Positions 9,323 to 18,678 of a DNA stretch of 64,000 nucleotides are shown here, one piece after another (the stretch's first letter is position 1; each line of letters opens with the position of its first letter). This DNA comes from Candidatus Poribacteria bacterium. Its GTDB lineage: Bacteria > Poribacteria > WGA-4E > PCPOR2b. The notes under the pieces were generated by a model, which saw only the letters and a program-made list of their open reading frames with translations, was not told the origin of the DNA and did not search any database. Where the stretch lies: assembly GCA_965208675.1 (NCBI GenBank), contig OZ242351.1, positions 1,248,001 to 1,312,000 on the forward strand, read 5' to 3'. A program made the translations under genes and the position numbers.

Positions 9323-10120
9323 TTATCCGCCTTGAATCACCAATTTTCGCAGGGCGGCTAGGTAGGCAAATCGTCCAAGCCCCATTAACGCAACTGTCCA
9401 GAATAGTTGAATTAGGAGCACAACTATCACAGCGTTTCCAGTAATTCCGCCAACATAGATTGCTGTCGGAGAATAGATTATCGCTTGGAAGGGCAAATAC
9501 TCAGCCATTTTGGCTAGAAGGGCGGGATAATGCTCCAAAGGGAGAAAGTAGCCCGAAAAAAACCAGGAAACGCCCCATATCACGGCGAAATAGATACCGC
9601 GTATTTCAACCACCCAGAATGCAAGAATCCCAATGAGAAATTCAATGTTGAACAAGATGACGAATCCCAACATCACACTGACTATAAACGCCCCCACGGT
9701 CAATATAGAGCCGGGCAGCAAAAGACTCAAACCGCCATAAAACAACAAGAGTTTTGGAAGCATGTTGAATAGCACTGTGTGAAATGAAGTTCCCACCCCC
9801 GTGGCAAGCAGCATTAACTGAAAGTCAACCGGCTTCATCAAATCGGTTACGACTTCGCCGGTGCGAACCTTTTCTTCTATGACTCGTGCAATCCGTAACG
9901 TAAAGTGAAAAGACAATAGCGTTTGCGACACAACGATGTACGTCAGAATACGAGTAAGGTCGTACCCTGCTACGGCGGACTTCCCGATGTAGAGTGCCTT
10001 CCAAAGATACACATAGATTAGCATGAACAACACATTGATAAACAACTCAACCCACAGCTCAAATCGATAGGTCAGCGTTCTCTGAAAGGCGTTTGCAGCA
10101 AAAGCCAGGTATTTTCGCAC
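9323..10120 (-). CDS. ABC-2 family (DUF990-like) exporter permease
   Basis: Multi-TM; G.V..DLMKP, LPF..I.Y.P and C-terminal LVIQGG. Confidence 0.88.
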   Translation of the reverse strand: MRKYLAFAANAFQRTLTYRFELWVELFINVLFMLIYVYLWKALYIGKSAVAGYDLTRILTYIVVSQTLLSFHFTLRIARVIEEKVRTGEVVTDLMKPVDFQLMLLATGVGTSFHTVLFNMLPKLLLFYGGLSLLLPGSILTVGAFIVSVMLGFVILFNIEFLIGILAFWVVEIRGIYFAVIWGVSWFFSGYFLPLEHYPALLAKMAEYLPFQAIIYSPTAIYVGGITGNAVIVVLLIQLFWTVALMGLGRFAYLAALRKLVIQGG

Positions 10121-10130
10121 GATGAGTCCT

Positions 10131-11108
10131 TCAAATTGCCATGCCGGTCTGATAGATTTGCCTCACAATTTCCTCAATTTCCGGCTCGGAAATCGTTAAA
10201 TCCTGAATTTCATACTGCGCCGTCACTCGCGTCATGACTTCGGAAGCTGAGATAGTGTCCCTGTCAAACGCGAGCCAGATACGATTTCCCTCTCGTCGAA
10301 TTACATCCACATTCTCAATCTGAATTTCAAGATAGGCTTGTGCGAGGTCCACGATGAGCATCCGCGTTCTGCCGTAGCGCTGTTTCAATGCCTCGATACC
10401 ACCATCATAGATGATGCGGCCGGTGTCAATTATCATCAGCCGTTGACAGATCTTTTCCACGTCATTGAGGTCATGTGTTGTCAGAATCACCGTCACCTTC
10501 CGTTCAGCGTTAACCCGTTGGAGAAATTGGCGAACCTGTTCTTTGGCAACTACGTCTAAACCGATGGTAGGTTCGTCCAAAAAAAGAATTTCGGGGTTAT
10601 GCAATAGGGCGGCGGTCAGGTCGCATCGCATCCGTTCACCGAGGCTCAATGTCCGGACCGGCATAGATGTTAGATGATCCAGTTGTAACAATTCGCTGAA
10701 AAACGCCAGATTTTGCTTGTATGTATGCTGGGGAATCTCGTAGATGTGCTTAAGCAGTTCGAAAGAGTCCATCACGGGCAAATCCCACCAGAGTTGGGTT
10801 CGTTGTCCAAACACCACGCCGATTCGCCGCGTGTACTCTCTTCGATGCTGATGCGGCGTCAATCCCATGACATCAACCTTTCCCGACGTCGGCACGAGAA
10901 TCCCAGTCAGCATTTTGATAGTCGTAGACTTCCCCGCACCGTTGGCGCCGATGTATCCCACCAATTCTCCGCGTTGCAGGGCGAAATTCACATCGTCGAC
11001 TGCCTGGATAATACGGTGTGTCCGCGAAAACAGGCCGCGCCAAAATCCGACCGGGCGTTCGCGTACCTTGAATTGTTTGCAGAGGTGTTCAACCTTGATG
11101 ATGGACAT
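10131..11108 (-). CDS. ABC exporter ATP-binding subunit
   Basis: Walker A GANGAGKST, FGQRTQLWWDLP, LSLGE signature, LFLDEPT. Confidence 0.93.
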   Translation of the reverse strand: MSIIKVEHLCKQFKVRERPVGFWRGLFSRTHRIIQAVDDVNFALQRGELVGYIGANGAGKSTTIKMLTGILVPTSGKVDVMGLTPHQHRREYTRRIGVVFGQRTQLWWDLPVMDSFELLKHIYEIPQHTYKQNLAFFSELLQLDHLTSMPVRTLSLGERMRCDLTAALLHNPEILFLDEPTIGLDVVAKEQVRQFLQRVNAERKVTVILTTHDLNDVEKICQRLMIIDTGRIIYDGGIEALKQRYGRTRMLIVDLAQAYLEIQIENVDVIRREGNRIWLAFDRDTISASEVMTRVTAQYEIQDLTISEPEIEEIVRQIYQTGMAI

Positions 11109-11495
11109 ATTCGCGCAGGGCAGGAGGGTGTCTGTGCCCGAATTATACCAATTGTGGGAAATTGGGAAGGCTTTAAGCTAATGTGGGGGAGGGTATTGTG
11201 CTGACCAATGGTTGCTTAGCATGTCACTCACCGCGCCCGCGACGGGTCGGTTACGATGGGTAGTAAGAACATCTACCGTGGTCGGAAACAGTTTAATCGG
11301 AACTCGGGTTACGCCTGAATCACGGACCTGGCGTCTAGCCAAACCGCCCTGCAGCTTAACGGGACGGCGAATGGTTGTGGCGCACCAAACAGGTTAATCT
11401 ACCATTATCAACGGATATTCCGTTGCCCTTTGATTGGGAAAGATTCGACGTGGACAAGCCGCGCCGGTGCCATCCGCCCCAAAAAGAAGTGGGCA

Positions 11496-12224
11496 TTAGT
11501 GGCCGCCCACTTTGCCAATCTCGATTTCAATTTCGTCTCGATTTCGGATACGTTCTATCATGCCGTCCCTAATGTTGACGACCCGATCAGATACGTCGAG
11601 CATTTTTGGGTCGTGCGTCGCCGAAATCACGGTCACTTTGTGCCGAACATTGAGCTCTTTGATCAGATTAATAATTTCACGGCCCGTTGTCATATCTAAA
11701 TTCGCAGTAGGTTCGTCCGCCAGAATTATCGTGGGGTCATTTGCGAGCGCCCTAGCGATCGCCACGCGCTGGCATTGTCCGCCCGACAACTCATCCGGTC
11801 TGTGGTGGGTTCGATCGCCCAATCCAACCATCGTGAGGAGTTCCGTGCCCTTGTCGTTCCGTTCGCTCACCGATAACCCCGCGAATATCATCGGCAAGGT
11901 CACGTTTTCTAACGCCGTCATCACATACAGCAGGTTGTAGTTTTGAAAGATGTATCCAACACGGTGGCAACGGAACCAAGCAATTTGAGACATACTCAAT
12001 TGTGACATGTTCTGGCGGTCAATGTAGATACTTCCCCCCGTCGGGTGATCCAAAGCACCGATCATGTTGAACAGCGTAGACTTTCCTGATCCAGAAGGCC
12101 CCATCAGTGAAATGTACTCTCCTCGTACGATTTCTAAATTGACCCCGTTTAGCGCCTTTACTACATTGCTACCCATCCGATACTCTTTGATAACCTCTTC
12201 AGCCCTAACTACAATGTCTGCCAT
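11496..12224 (-). CDS. ABC transporter ATP-binding protein (LolD/MacB-like)
   Basis: GPSGSGKST, LSGGQ and LADEPTANLD. Start reassigned to the ATG at 12224, which follows a GGAGGA RBS. Confidence 0.92.
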   Translation of the reverse strand: MADIVVRAEEVIKEYRMGSNVVKALNGVNLEIVRGEYISLMGPSGSGKSTLFNMIGALDHPTGGSIYIDRQNMSQLSMSQIAWFRCHRVGYIFQNYNLLYVMTALENVTLPMIFAGLSVSERNDKGTELLTMVGLGDRTHHRPDELSGGQCQRVAIARALANDPTIILADEPTANLDMTTGREIINLIKELNVRHKVTVISATHDPKMLDVSDRVVNIRDGMIERIRNRDEIEIEIGKVGGH

Positions 12225-12237
12225 GAATCCTCCCAAA

Positions 12238-12924
12238 TTAGACCTCAGTCCGCATCGCTTCGGCAGGAGGCAGTTTCGCAGCGCGCCACGCCGGAAACGC
12301 TGCGCCAATGACCGCTAAAATCATGCCGAGCACACAGCCGCCAAGAATAATCAGTAGTACGCCGTATCTAACAGCACCATCGTCACCAACCGCTGGTAAA
12401 AACGGGAAATAAAAGAATACATCCAACCCGAAATCTTTGAGATTCAGTAGAATCGATCCAATGCAGCCAATCAAAGCGCCGACAACCGCGCCAGCTAGTC
12501 CTTGGAATCCCGATTCTAACAAAAACAACCTGACCACGAAACGGTCTAATGCGCCGAGGCACTTCATCGTACCAATTTCTCGGAATCGCTCCGTGACTGC
12601 CATCAGCATTGAGTTCGCAATTCCGACTACACAGACAATTAAGGACATCAGGATTAGCCACCTATCTTTGATTGAAATTCCGCCCGTCGACTCTTCTTCC
12701 TCAAAACTGGCTATCTGGTCGGTGCGGCCGCTCGATTTCATCGCCTCGCCAATTTCGCTATTTGTCCAGACTGATACGAGAAAGGCAATCCCCAAAGTAA
12801 TGCCCGCTGTCGTGATAATCGAACGCCAAAAACGGATCATCAGACTCTGAAAACTGATACGCACCGACTCTACGAACGGGAGTTCAATTTGCTGTTCAAT
12901 TTGACCCTGGTCGTGTTGTACCAA
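12238..12924 (-). CDS. FtsX/MacB-like permease, minimal form lacking a large periplasmic domain
   Basis: GIANSMLMAVTERFREIGTMKCLGA and PAWRAAKLPPAEAMR motifs. TTG start at 12924 follows a GGAGGT RBS. Confidence 0.85.
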   Translation of the reverse strand: MVQHDQGQIEQQIELPFVESVRISFQSLMIRFWRSIITTAGITLGIAFLVSVWTNSEIGEAMKSSGRTDQIASFEEEESTGGISIKDRWLILMSLIVCVVGIANSMLMAVTERFREIGTMKCLGALDRFVVRLFLLESGFQGLAGAVVGALIGCIGSILLNLKDFGLDVFFYFPFLPAVGDDGAVRYGVLLIILGGCVLGMILAVIGAAFPAWRAAKLPPAEAMRTEV

Positions 12925-12959
12925 ACTGTTTACCTCCAGATTCCTAAACTCTCGACTGC

Positions 12960-12988
12960 ATTTTATCACGCCAAGAAAATAAAGTCAA
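12960..12988 (-). promoter_or_regulatory. Sigma70 promoter
   Basis: TTGACT-17 nt-TAAAAT (with TG at the extended position) upstream of the permease. Confidence 0.6.
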
Positions 12989-13183
12989 GCCTTGCAACCC
13001 ATTCTCGCCAAACTTAGGCGTCGAAGAAAGGGCATTTGGCCTTAGTACCAAAATTTCACTAGCCATGGCTGCAATGACAGTAATTCAATCGCTGTTGAAA
13101 TCTTTCCAAAATAATCCCAGAGCCCGATGGCGACTGCGTACTGTCCCCCACATTAAGCCAAATAGGCTAGATGTCCAACGCAG

Positions 13184-14725
13184 TCACCGTCTCCAGAAAC
13201 TGCGATCCAAACTCCGGTATTGAATCGCCTCTGAAGTGTGCTCAGCCTCTATGGTGGAGCTTTCGGCGAGATCCGCAATCGTGCGCGCCACCTTCAATAC
13301 TCGATCGTACGCACGTGCACTGAGTCCAAGCTGAGTGATTGCCACGCGCAGCAATTCCTGTGCGTCAGGCTGCATCTGACAGTATTCGCGGATATGCCGC
13401 GTTTCCATATTTGCGTTACAGAAAATTTTAGTGTCCGAAAATCGCTCCTGCTGAATGCCCCGCGCAGCCTGCACTCGTTTACGAATGGCTGTAGAGGCTT
13501 CCCCCGTAAAATCGCTGGACAAATCCTTGTATTTAACCGCAGGCACCTCTACCTGCAAATCTATTCTGTCCAACAGTGGTCCAGAGATTCGAGATACGTA
13601 GCTCTGGATCTGAGTCGGTGTACATCGGCAATTCCGGGTAGGATCGCCGAAGAAACCGCAGGGACATGGGTTCATCGAAGCCACAAGCATAAAATTGGCG
13701 GGATAGGTGTAGGAGGCAGCCGCGCGGGAAATTGTCACTTGCAAGTCCTCAAGCGGTTGACGCATGGCTTCAAGTACGTTTTTCCGGAATTCAGGGAGCT
13801 CGTCGAGAAAAAGCACGCCGTTATGCGAAAGACTCACTTCGCCTGGGCGAGGATATCTGCCGCCGCCGATAAGCCCTGCATCGGAAATCGTATGATGCGG
13901 CGACCGGCATGGGCGCGTTGCGATTAAGGGTACATCACCATGAAGCATGCCTACAATACTATGTATCTTCGTCGTTTCGAGTGCTTCTTCAAGCGTCATA
14001 TCCGGCAATATCGTCGGAATCCGTCTGGCGACCATCGTTTTGCCGGAACCCGGCGGGCCAATCATAATCAGATTGTGTCCGCCCGATGTCGCAACTTCAA
14101 TGGCTCGTTTGACATGCTCCTGGCCCTTGACATCTGAGAAGTCGATTGTATACTCCGCAAACTGGTCAAATGCATCCTGAATATTGTACTCGAAAGGCTG
14201 AATGGTTTGCTCGGCATTTAAGAAATCAACCGCCTCTCGTAGAGATTCTACAGGATAAATATCTAATCCATCAACAATCGCCGCTTCCTTGGCATTCGAT
14301 TTCGGCAGGATAACGCCTTTGTACTGATTCTCCTTGGCTGCAACTGCAACCGGTAGACACCCGTGAACGGATCTGACACTTCCATCAAGTGCCAACTCCC
14401 CTAACATCAATGTATGCTCAATGAAATCCGTCCGAACTTGCCCAGTTGCTGCAATGACGCCGACAGCCATTGGAAGATCGAACGCCGACCCCTCTTTCCG
14501 TACATCCGCGGGGGCAAGATTTGCGGTTATTCGGCTGCTCGGGAAATAAAACCCTGAATTCTTGATTGCCGCGGTAACCCGTTCGCGGCTTTCTTTAACG
14601 GCGTTGTCTGGAAGTCCAACCGTGGCGAATGCTGGCAAGCCGTCAGAGATGTCAATCTCCACTTTGACGATATATGCATCAATCCCCATCAGTGCACTAC
14701 TAAGAACGCTCGCAAGCATATGCAT
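13184..14725 (-). CDS. comM: YifB/ComM Mg-chelatase-like AAA+ ATPase
   Basis: VGLPD.AVKES, NLAPAD, GPPGSGKT, R.PHH, GVLFLDELPEF, SGPLLDRID and LSARAY. Confidence 0.93.
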   Translation of the reverse strand: MHMLASVLSSALMGIDAYIVKVEIDISDGLPAFATVGLPDNAVKESRERVTAAIKNSGFYFPSSRITANLAPADVRKEGSAFDLPMAVGVIAATGQVRTDFIEHTLMLGELALDGSVRSVHGCLPVAVAAKENQYKGVILPKSNAKEAAIVDGLDIYPVESLREAVDFLNAEQTIQPFEYNIQDAFDQFAEYTIDFSDVKGQEHVKRAIEVATSGGHNLIMIGPPGSGKTMVARRIPTILPDMTLEEALETTKIHSIVGMLHGDVPLIATRPCRSPHHTISDAGLIGGGRYPRPGEVSLSHNGVLFLDELPEFRKNVLEAMRQPLEDLQVTISRAAASYTYPANFMLVASMNPCPCGFFGDPTRNCRCTPTQIQSYVSRISGPLLDRIDLQVEVPAVKYKDLSSDFTGEASTAIRKRVQAARGIQQERFSDTKIFCNANMETRHIREYCQMQPDAQELLRVAITQLGLSARAYDRVLKVARTIADLAESSTIEAEHTSEAIQYRSLDRSFWRR

Positions 14726-15023
14726 GTCCTCAAAATTGTGTTCTACGTACTTCTAAACGTATGAATGCTTATCGTGTATTATACTATAGCATAGCTTTCA
14801 GCGGAACGCAATCCCATAATGATCGAAACGAAATTTCTCCTGAACTCTATCAATTGAACCATTTCACAGCTTTGCGTCAAAATTGATTGTTTGCAATAAA
14901 TCCGTAAATTGACCGGGACTTGTCGAAATGAGAGTTGCGCGGAATGATGGGATTGATGCGTTACCTCTGTTGAGATGGTAAATTACCTCCATTGTTGTCT
15001 CGTTACTTTCGCGAGAATTTCAG

Positions 15024-15053
15024 TTGATAAAGCGGCGAAGGATATGATATAAT
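15024..15053 (+). promoter_or_regulatory. Sigma70 promoter of the rpsF operon
   Basis: TTGATA-18 nt-TATAAT with an extended TGn -10. Confidence 0.7.
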
Positions 15054-15060
15054 TTAAAAT

Positions 15061-15160
15061 CTTTGCTCCATAATTTTGCGGATTCAAGTCGGTCAGAATT
15101 CGTTGTGTTTACCGGTAAATTCCGTTCTGATATGGAGCCATAGGGCCAAAAAGGGAGGCA
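15061..15160 (+). ncRNA. Putative rpsF leader (S6:S18-binding cis-regulatory RNA)
   Basis: GCTCCATA (15065-72) pairs with TATGGAGC (15131-38), followed by CCA..CCA-AAAAGGGAGG overlapping the SD. The layout resembles the known S6:S18 leader. Confidence 0.55.
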
Positions 15161-15166
15161 AAAATA

Positions 15167-15523
15167 TTGCGTCATTACGAAACGATTTTTATTGTTAATC
15201 CAGATCTTGAAGAAAACGAGACCAACAACGTCATCAACGGCGTCAAAACGGCCATTGAAACTAACGGCGGTAGAATTTTAACAACAGATTTATGGGGCAA
15301 GCGCAGGCTTGCTTATCCGATTAAACGCCACAAAGACGGTTACTATGCGTTATTGGTTTTTGAGAGCGATCCTAAATTTGTACGCGAACTTAATACATAC
15401 TACCGGATCGCGGAACCGATCATTAAGTATATGGTAGTGAATTTTGAAGGGGAAATCAGTGAAAGCCAAGAGGATGTCCCGGTATCAAAGGGCAATGAGG
15501 ACGCTGACGAGTCTAGGGAGTAA
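15167..15523 (+). CDS. rpsF: 30S ribosomal protein S6
   Basis: RHYETIFI.NP and WGKRRLAYPI...GYY. Confidence 0.96.
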   Translation: MRHYETIFIVNPDLEENETNNVINGVKTAIETNGGRILTTDLWGKRRLAYPIKRHKDGYYALLVFESDPKFVRELNTYYRIAEPIIKYMVVNFEGEISESQEDVPVSKGNEDADESRE

Positions 15524-15589
15524 GCTCACTGATGAAAGCCGAGCTTGAGACACTGTGTGACATCAAATCGGCGTGAAGGAGAAAAAATA

Positions 15590-16018
15590 ATGGCGAGTTA
15601 CAACAAGGTTATTCTGATGGGGAACCTTACGCGTGATCCGGAATTGAAGTACCTTCCGAGTGGCACCGCAGTCGCTAGATTGGGTTTGGCGGTGAATCGC
15701 ACTTATACGGATCGTCAGTCCGGTGAAAAAAAAGAGGAGGTCTGTTTTGTGGATCTCAGTGCTTTTGCACGGACCGCTGAAGTTATGAACGAATATCTTC
15801 AAAAAGGCAATCCCGTTTTTATTGAGGGACGGCTTCAATTCCAGCAGTGGGAAACCGACGACGGTCAAAGGCGAAGCAAACACGAGGTCATAGTTGAGCG
15901 GTTTGAGTTTGTGGGTGGTCGTCAAGGCGATCAGGACTCGCTCCGTGATGAGGGCGCGGGATACGCTAGCCCTACTGAAGCATCGCCTACAAATACAGAA
16001 GATGACATTCCGTTTTAA
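15590..16018 (+). CDS. ssb: Single-stranded DNA-binding protein
   Basis: NKVILMGNLTRDPE and C-terminal DDIPF. Start ATG 15590 follows AAGGAG. Confidence 0.97.
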   Translation: MASYNKVILMGNLTRDPELKYLPSGTAVARLGLAVNRTYTDRQSGEKKEEVCFVDLSAFARTAEVMNEYLQKGNPVFIEGRLQFQQWETDDGQRRSKHEVIVERFEFVGGRQGDQDSLRDEGAGYASPTEASPTNTEDDIPF

Positions 16019-16051
16019 CAACCCAAAGGAAAATATTCCCGGAAATCACAG

Positions 16052-16082
16052 AAAAAGCGGGTGAAATTCACGCCCGCTTTTT
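16052..16082 (+). terminator. Intrinsic (bidirectional-type) terminator after ssb
   Basis: AAAAAGCGGGTG...CGCCCGCTTTTT. Confidence 0.7.
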
Positions 16083-16233
16083 CCACGTCTATTCATTAAC
16101 AATTTCCCGAATTCAATTAAAGTCGCCGGCTTCTCGGATTCTCACATTAAACGGCGAGTAAAAGTTAATCTTAAGGAAGGAGAAGCGGTAGCCTCTCACG
16201 TTTAATGCGGAGAGACTTCACCGCGATTGTATT

Positions 16234-16470
16234 ATGGAGAATGGTCCACGCAGGACATTTTCGGTTCGGCGAAAACGCTGCCGGCTATGTGCAGAAAAGC
16301 TAAAATTCATTGATTACAAAAATGTTACGCTGCTGAGGAATTTTATTACAGAGCGCGGAAAGATTATCCCGCGGCGCGTTGTTGGGAACTGCGCAAAGCA
16401 CCAAAGACAGGTCAACCGGGCAATTAAGCGGGCTCGTAACATTGCGCTTGTGCCTTTTACCCGACAGTAA
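16234..16470 (+). CDS. rpsR: 30S ribosomal protein S18 (Zn-binding form)
   Basis: RKRCRLC, IDYKN..LL..FI.ERGKI.PRR..G.CAKHQR. Confidence 0.97.
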   Translation: MENGPRRTFSVRRKRCRLCAEKLKFIDYKNVTLLRNFITERGKIIPRRVVGNCAKHQRQVNRAIKRARNIALVPFTRQ

Positions 16471-16660
16471 TCCGTAGTTGAATATTCGCAATGCGGTTGG
16501 GTTCTACATTAGCGTCTATTTCCGATAGTTTAGCCTGTTTCGACCGGCGGGTATATCGGCGTTGTTATTGCGCGTCAGTAGACGCGCAGTCAACCCGGCC
16601 AAAGCTGAGGTATATTTTTTGAAAAACACAGATATCATGCTAAATTGAGGTAGAAATTCC

Positions 16661-17107
16661 ATGGAGATTATTCTAAGGCACACCGTTGAAGGACTCGGCA
16701 AAGAAGGGGCGGTATTAAACGTTGCTGACGGTTACGCACGCAACTATCTGATTCCAAAGCAACTCGCTGTTCTGGCAACAGAAAAGAACCGGCGTCTGCT
16801 AGAACATGAGCGGCGTGTATTAACCGTTAAGCACATCAAAGGAAAGCAAGAGGCCGAAAAACTGGCAGCTCAAATCGCAGATACGTCATGTACAATCCAA
16901 AGGCGGGCAGGCGAAGGTGATCGGCTCTTTGGGTCTGTAACCGCCGCGGATCTCGCCGAAGCGCTTGCCGCGCAATCTGTTGAAATCGATCGCCGTCAGA
17001 TTGAACTTGAAGCGCCCATTAGGGATCTTGGAGTTTTCATGGTTCCCATCCGACTTCATTCAGATGTCATCGCTAACCTTCAAGTTTTCGTTGTTCGTGA
17101 AGAGTAG
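16661..17107 (+). CDS. rplI: 50S ribosomal protein L9
   Basis: LG..G....VADGYARNYLIP and RLFGSVT. Confidence 0.97.
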   Translation: MEIILRHTVEGLGKEGAVLNVADGYARNYLIPKQLAVLATEKNRRLLEHERRVLTVKHIKGKQEAEKLAAQIADTSCTIQRRAGEGDRLFGSVTAADLAEALAAQSVEIDRRQIELEAPIRDLGVFMVPIRLHSDVIANLQVFVVREE

Positions 17108-17251
17108 TTTGTTAATCGAAAATAGAGATAATCTTAATCGCCGCCGCACACCTACGATGTTCGTCAGATTCATCAATGCACACTAATACACTGCGACAGG
17201 TTTTGGCAAAAGGTCGGATACCCATTACAAGCCCCATTTTACTATTGAGCC

Positions 17252-18583
17252 GTGCAATCCGAACCCAGAGACACACTTCATGATAAAGAAGCTGAACAGG
17301 CTGTTCTCGGCGCAATGATGACCGACCGAGCAGTTATTCCGCGTGTTGTGTCAGCGCTCGGCCACACGGCGGAACCCTTTTTCACAACAGATCATCAGCT
17401 TATCTACGCGGCGATTCATTCGAGCTACGAGCGTCATAATCAGGTCGATCCACTACTCGTCGCAAATGAACTTGAAAAAATAGATCAACTGAATCGGGCC
17501 GGCGGTGCGGTTTACCTTTACGACCTTCAGGCGCAGATCGTCGAAACTGAAAGCACTGAACTGTATGCGCAGATTGTAAAAGAAAAGTGGATGCGGCGCC
17601 AGTTGGTTCGCGCTGGGCAGCAGATCGACGCACTCGCTAACGATCAAGAACGGGAACTCAACGATGTTTTAAGCCAAGCGCAAGAGGAAGTGTTTCGTCT
17701 CAGTCATGCCGATGCCAGACGCGGCTCGATGTCGATTGCACCGCTTGTTAAGCAAACCCTTGAGGAAATTGAAAGCCTATATCATAAAGAAGAACAGATT
17801 CTCGGCGTGTCCACAGGCTTCTTTAATCTTGACGTAATGACATCAGGATTGCAGCCCGGTGATTTGAGTATTATTGCAGCGCGCCCCAGTATGGGCAAGT
17901 CAACTCTCGTGTTGAACATTGCTCAAAACATTGCCAGAAATAATCTGCCGGTCTTAATCTTTAGCCTTGAAATGCCTGCAAGGCACGTGGTGATGCGGAT
18001 GCTCGCTGCAGAAACAGGAATTGATTTTGGCCGCATCCGCACCGGTAAACTGACCGATGAACACTGGGAATCCTTGACACAAGGAACAAGCAGCTTAATC
18101 TCCGTTCCGATTTTCATCAACGATGCGCGAGGCTTGACTGTACATGAATTGCGCGCCGAAGGGAGAAGGTTAAAGGGCGAACGCGAAGATCTCGCAGTTA
18201 TAATCGTGGACTACTTGCAGTTGCTCAGCGGCACTAGTAAATACCACGGACGAGTCGAAGAAATTTCTGATATTTCACGCTCCCTCAAAACTCTCGCTTG
18301 GGAGTTAAACGTTCCGATTGTAGCATGTTCCCAACTCAGCCGTGAAGTCGAAAGGCGGCCGGATAAACGGCCTCAACTCTCCGATTTAAGGGAATCCGGC
18401 GCTATAGAGCAAGATGCCGACGTAGTCGCCTTTTTGTACAGGGAAGATTATTATGATGACCAGACCGAAGAGGACCAAGGGCTGGCTGATTTGATAATTA
18501 AAAAACAGCGAAATGGACCAACCGGTACGATTCAACTGGAATTCCATAAGAGGCTGATGCGATTCGCCGATATTCCTGCTTAA
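17252..18583 (+). CDS. dnaB: Replicative DNA helicase
   Basis: EAEQAVLG, AARPSMGKS, FSLEM, VDYLQL, SQLSR, DLRESGAIEQDAD and KQRNGPTG. No intein. Confidence 0.97.
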   Translation: MQSEPRDTLHDKEAEQAVLGAMMTDRAVIPRVVSALGHTAEPFFTTDHQLIYAAIHSSYERHNQVDPLLVANELEKIDQLNRAGGAVYLYDLQAQIVETESTELYAQIVKEKWMRRQLVRAGQQIDALANDQERELNDVLSQAQEEVFRLSHADARRGSMSIAPLVKQTLEEIESLYHKEEQILGVSTGFFNLDVMTSGLQPGDLSIIAARPSMGKSTLVLNIAQNIARNNLPVLIFSLEMPARHVVMRMLAAETGIDFGRIRTGKLTDEHWESLTQGTSSLISVPIFINDARGLTVHELRAEGRRLKGEREDLAVIIVDYLQLLSGTSKYHGRVEEISDISRSLKTLAWELNVPIVACSQLSREVERRPDKRPQLSDLRESGAIEQDADVVAFLYREDYYDDQTEEDQGLADLIIKKQRNGPTGTIQLEFHKRLMRFADIPA

Positions 18584-18678
18584 GGCGATTGACGGCTTTC
18601 GGTACACTTAAAATTTGGGAAAATCAATGCTCCACAATCTAATATTGTTGTAAACTAAAGATTTTTCATTTTAACTTT

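Noticed and set aside
11190-11490. tmRNA, RNase P or SRP RNA
   Set aside because: A GATTCGAC and a GGGGC end are present but not in the arrangement of a tRNA-like domain, and no other hallmark motifs were found.
17252-18583. Intein in DnaB
   Set aside because: The 443-aa length and contiguous motifs leave no room for one.
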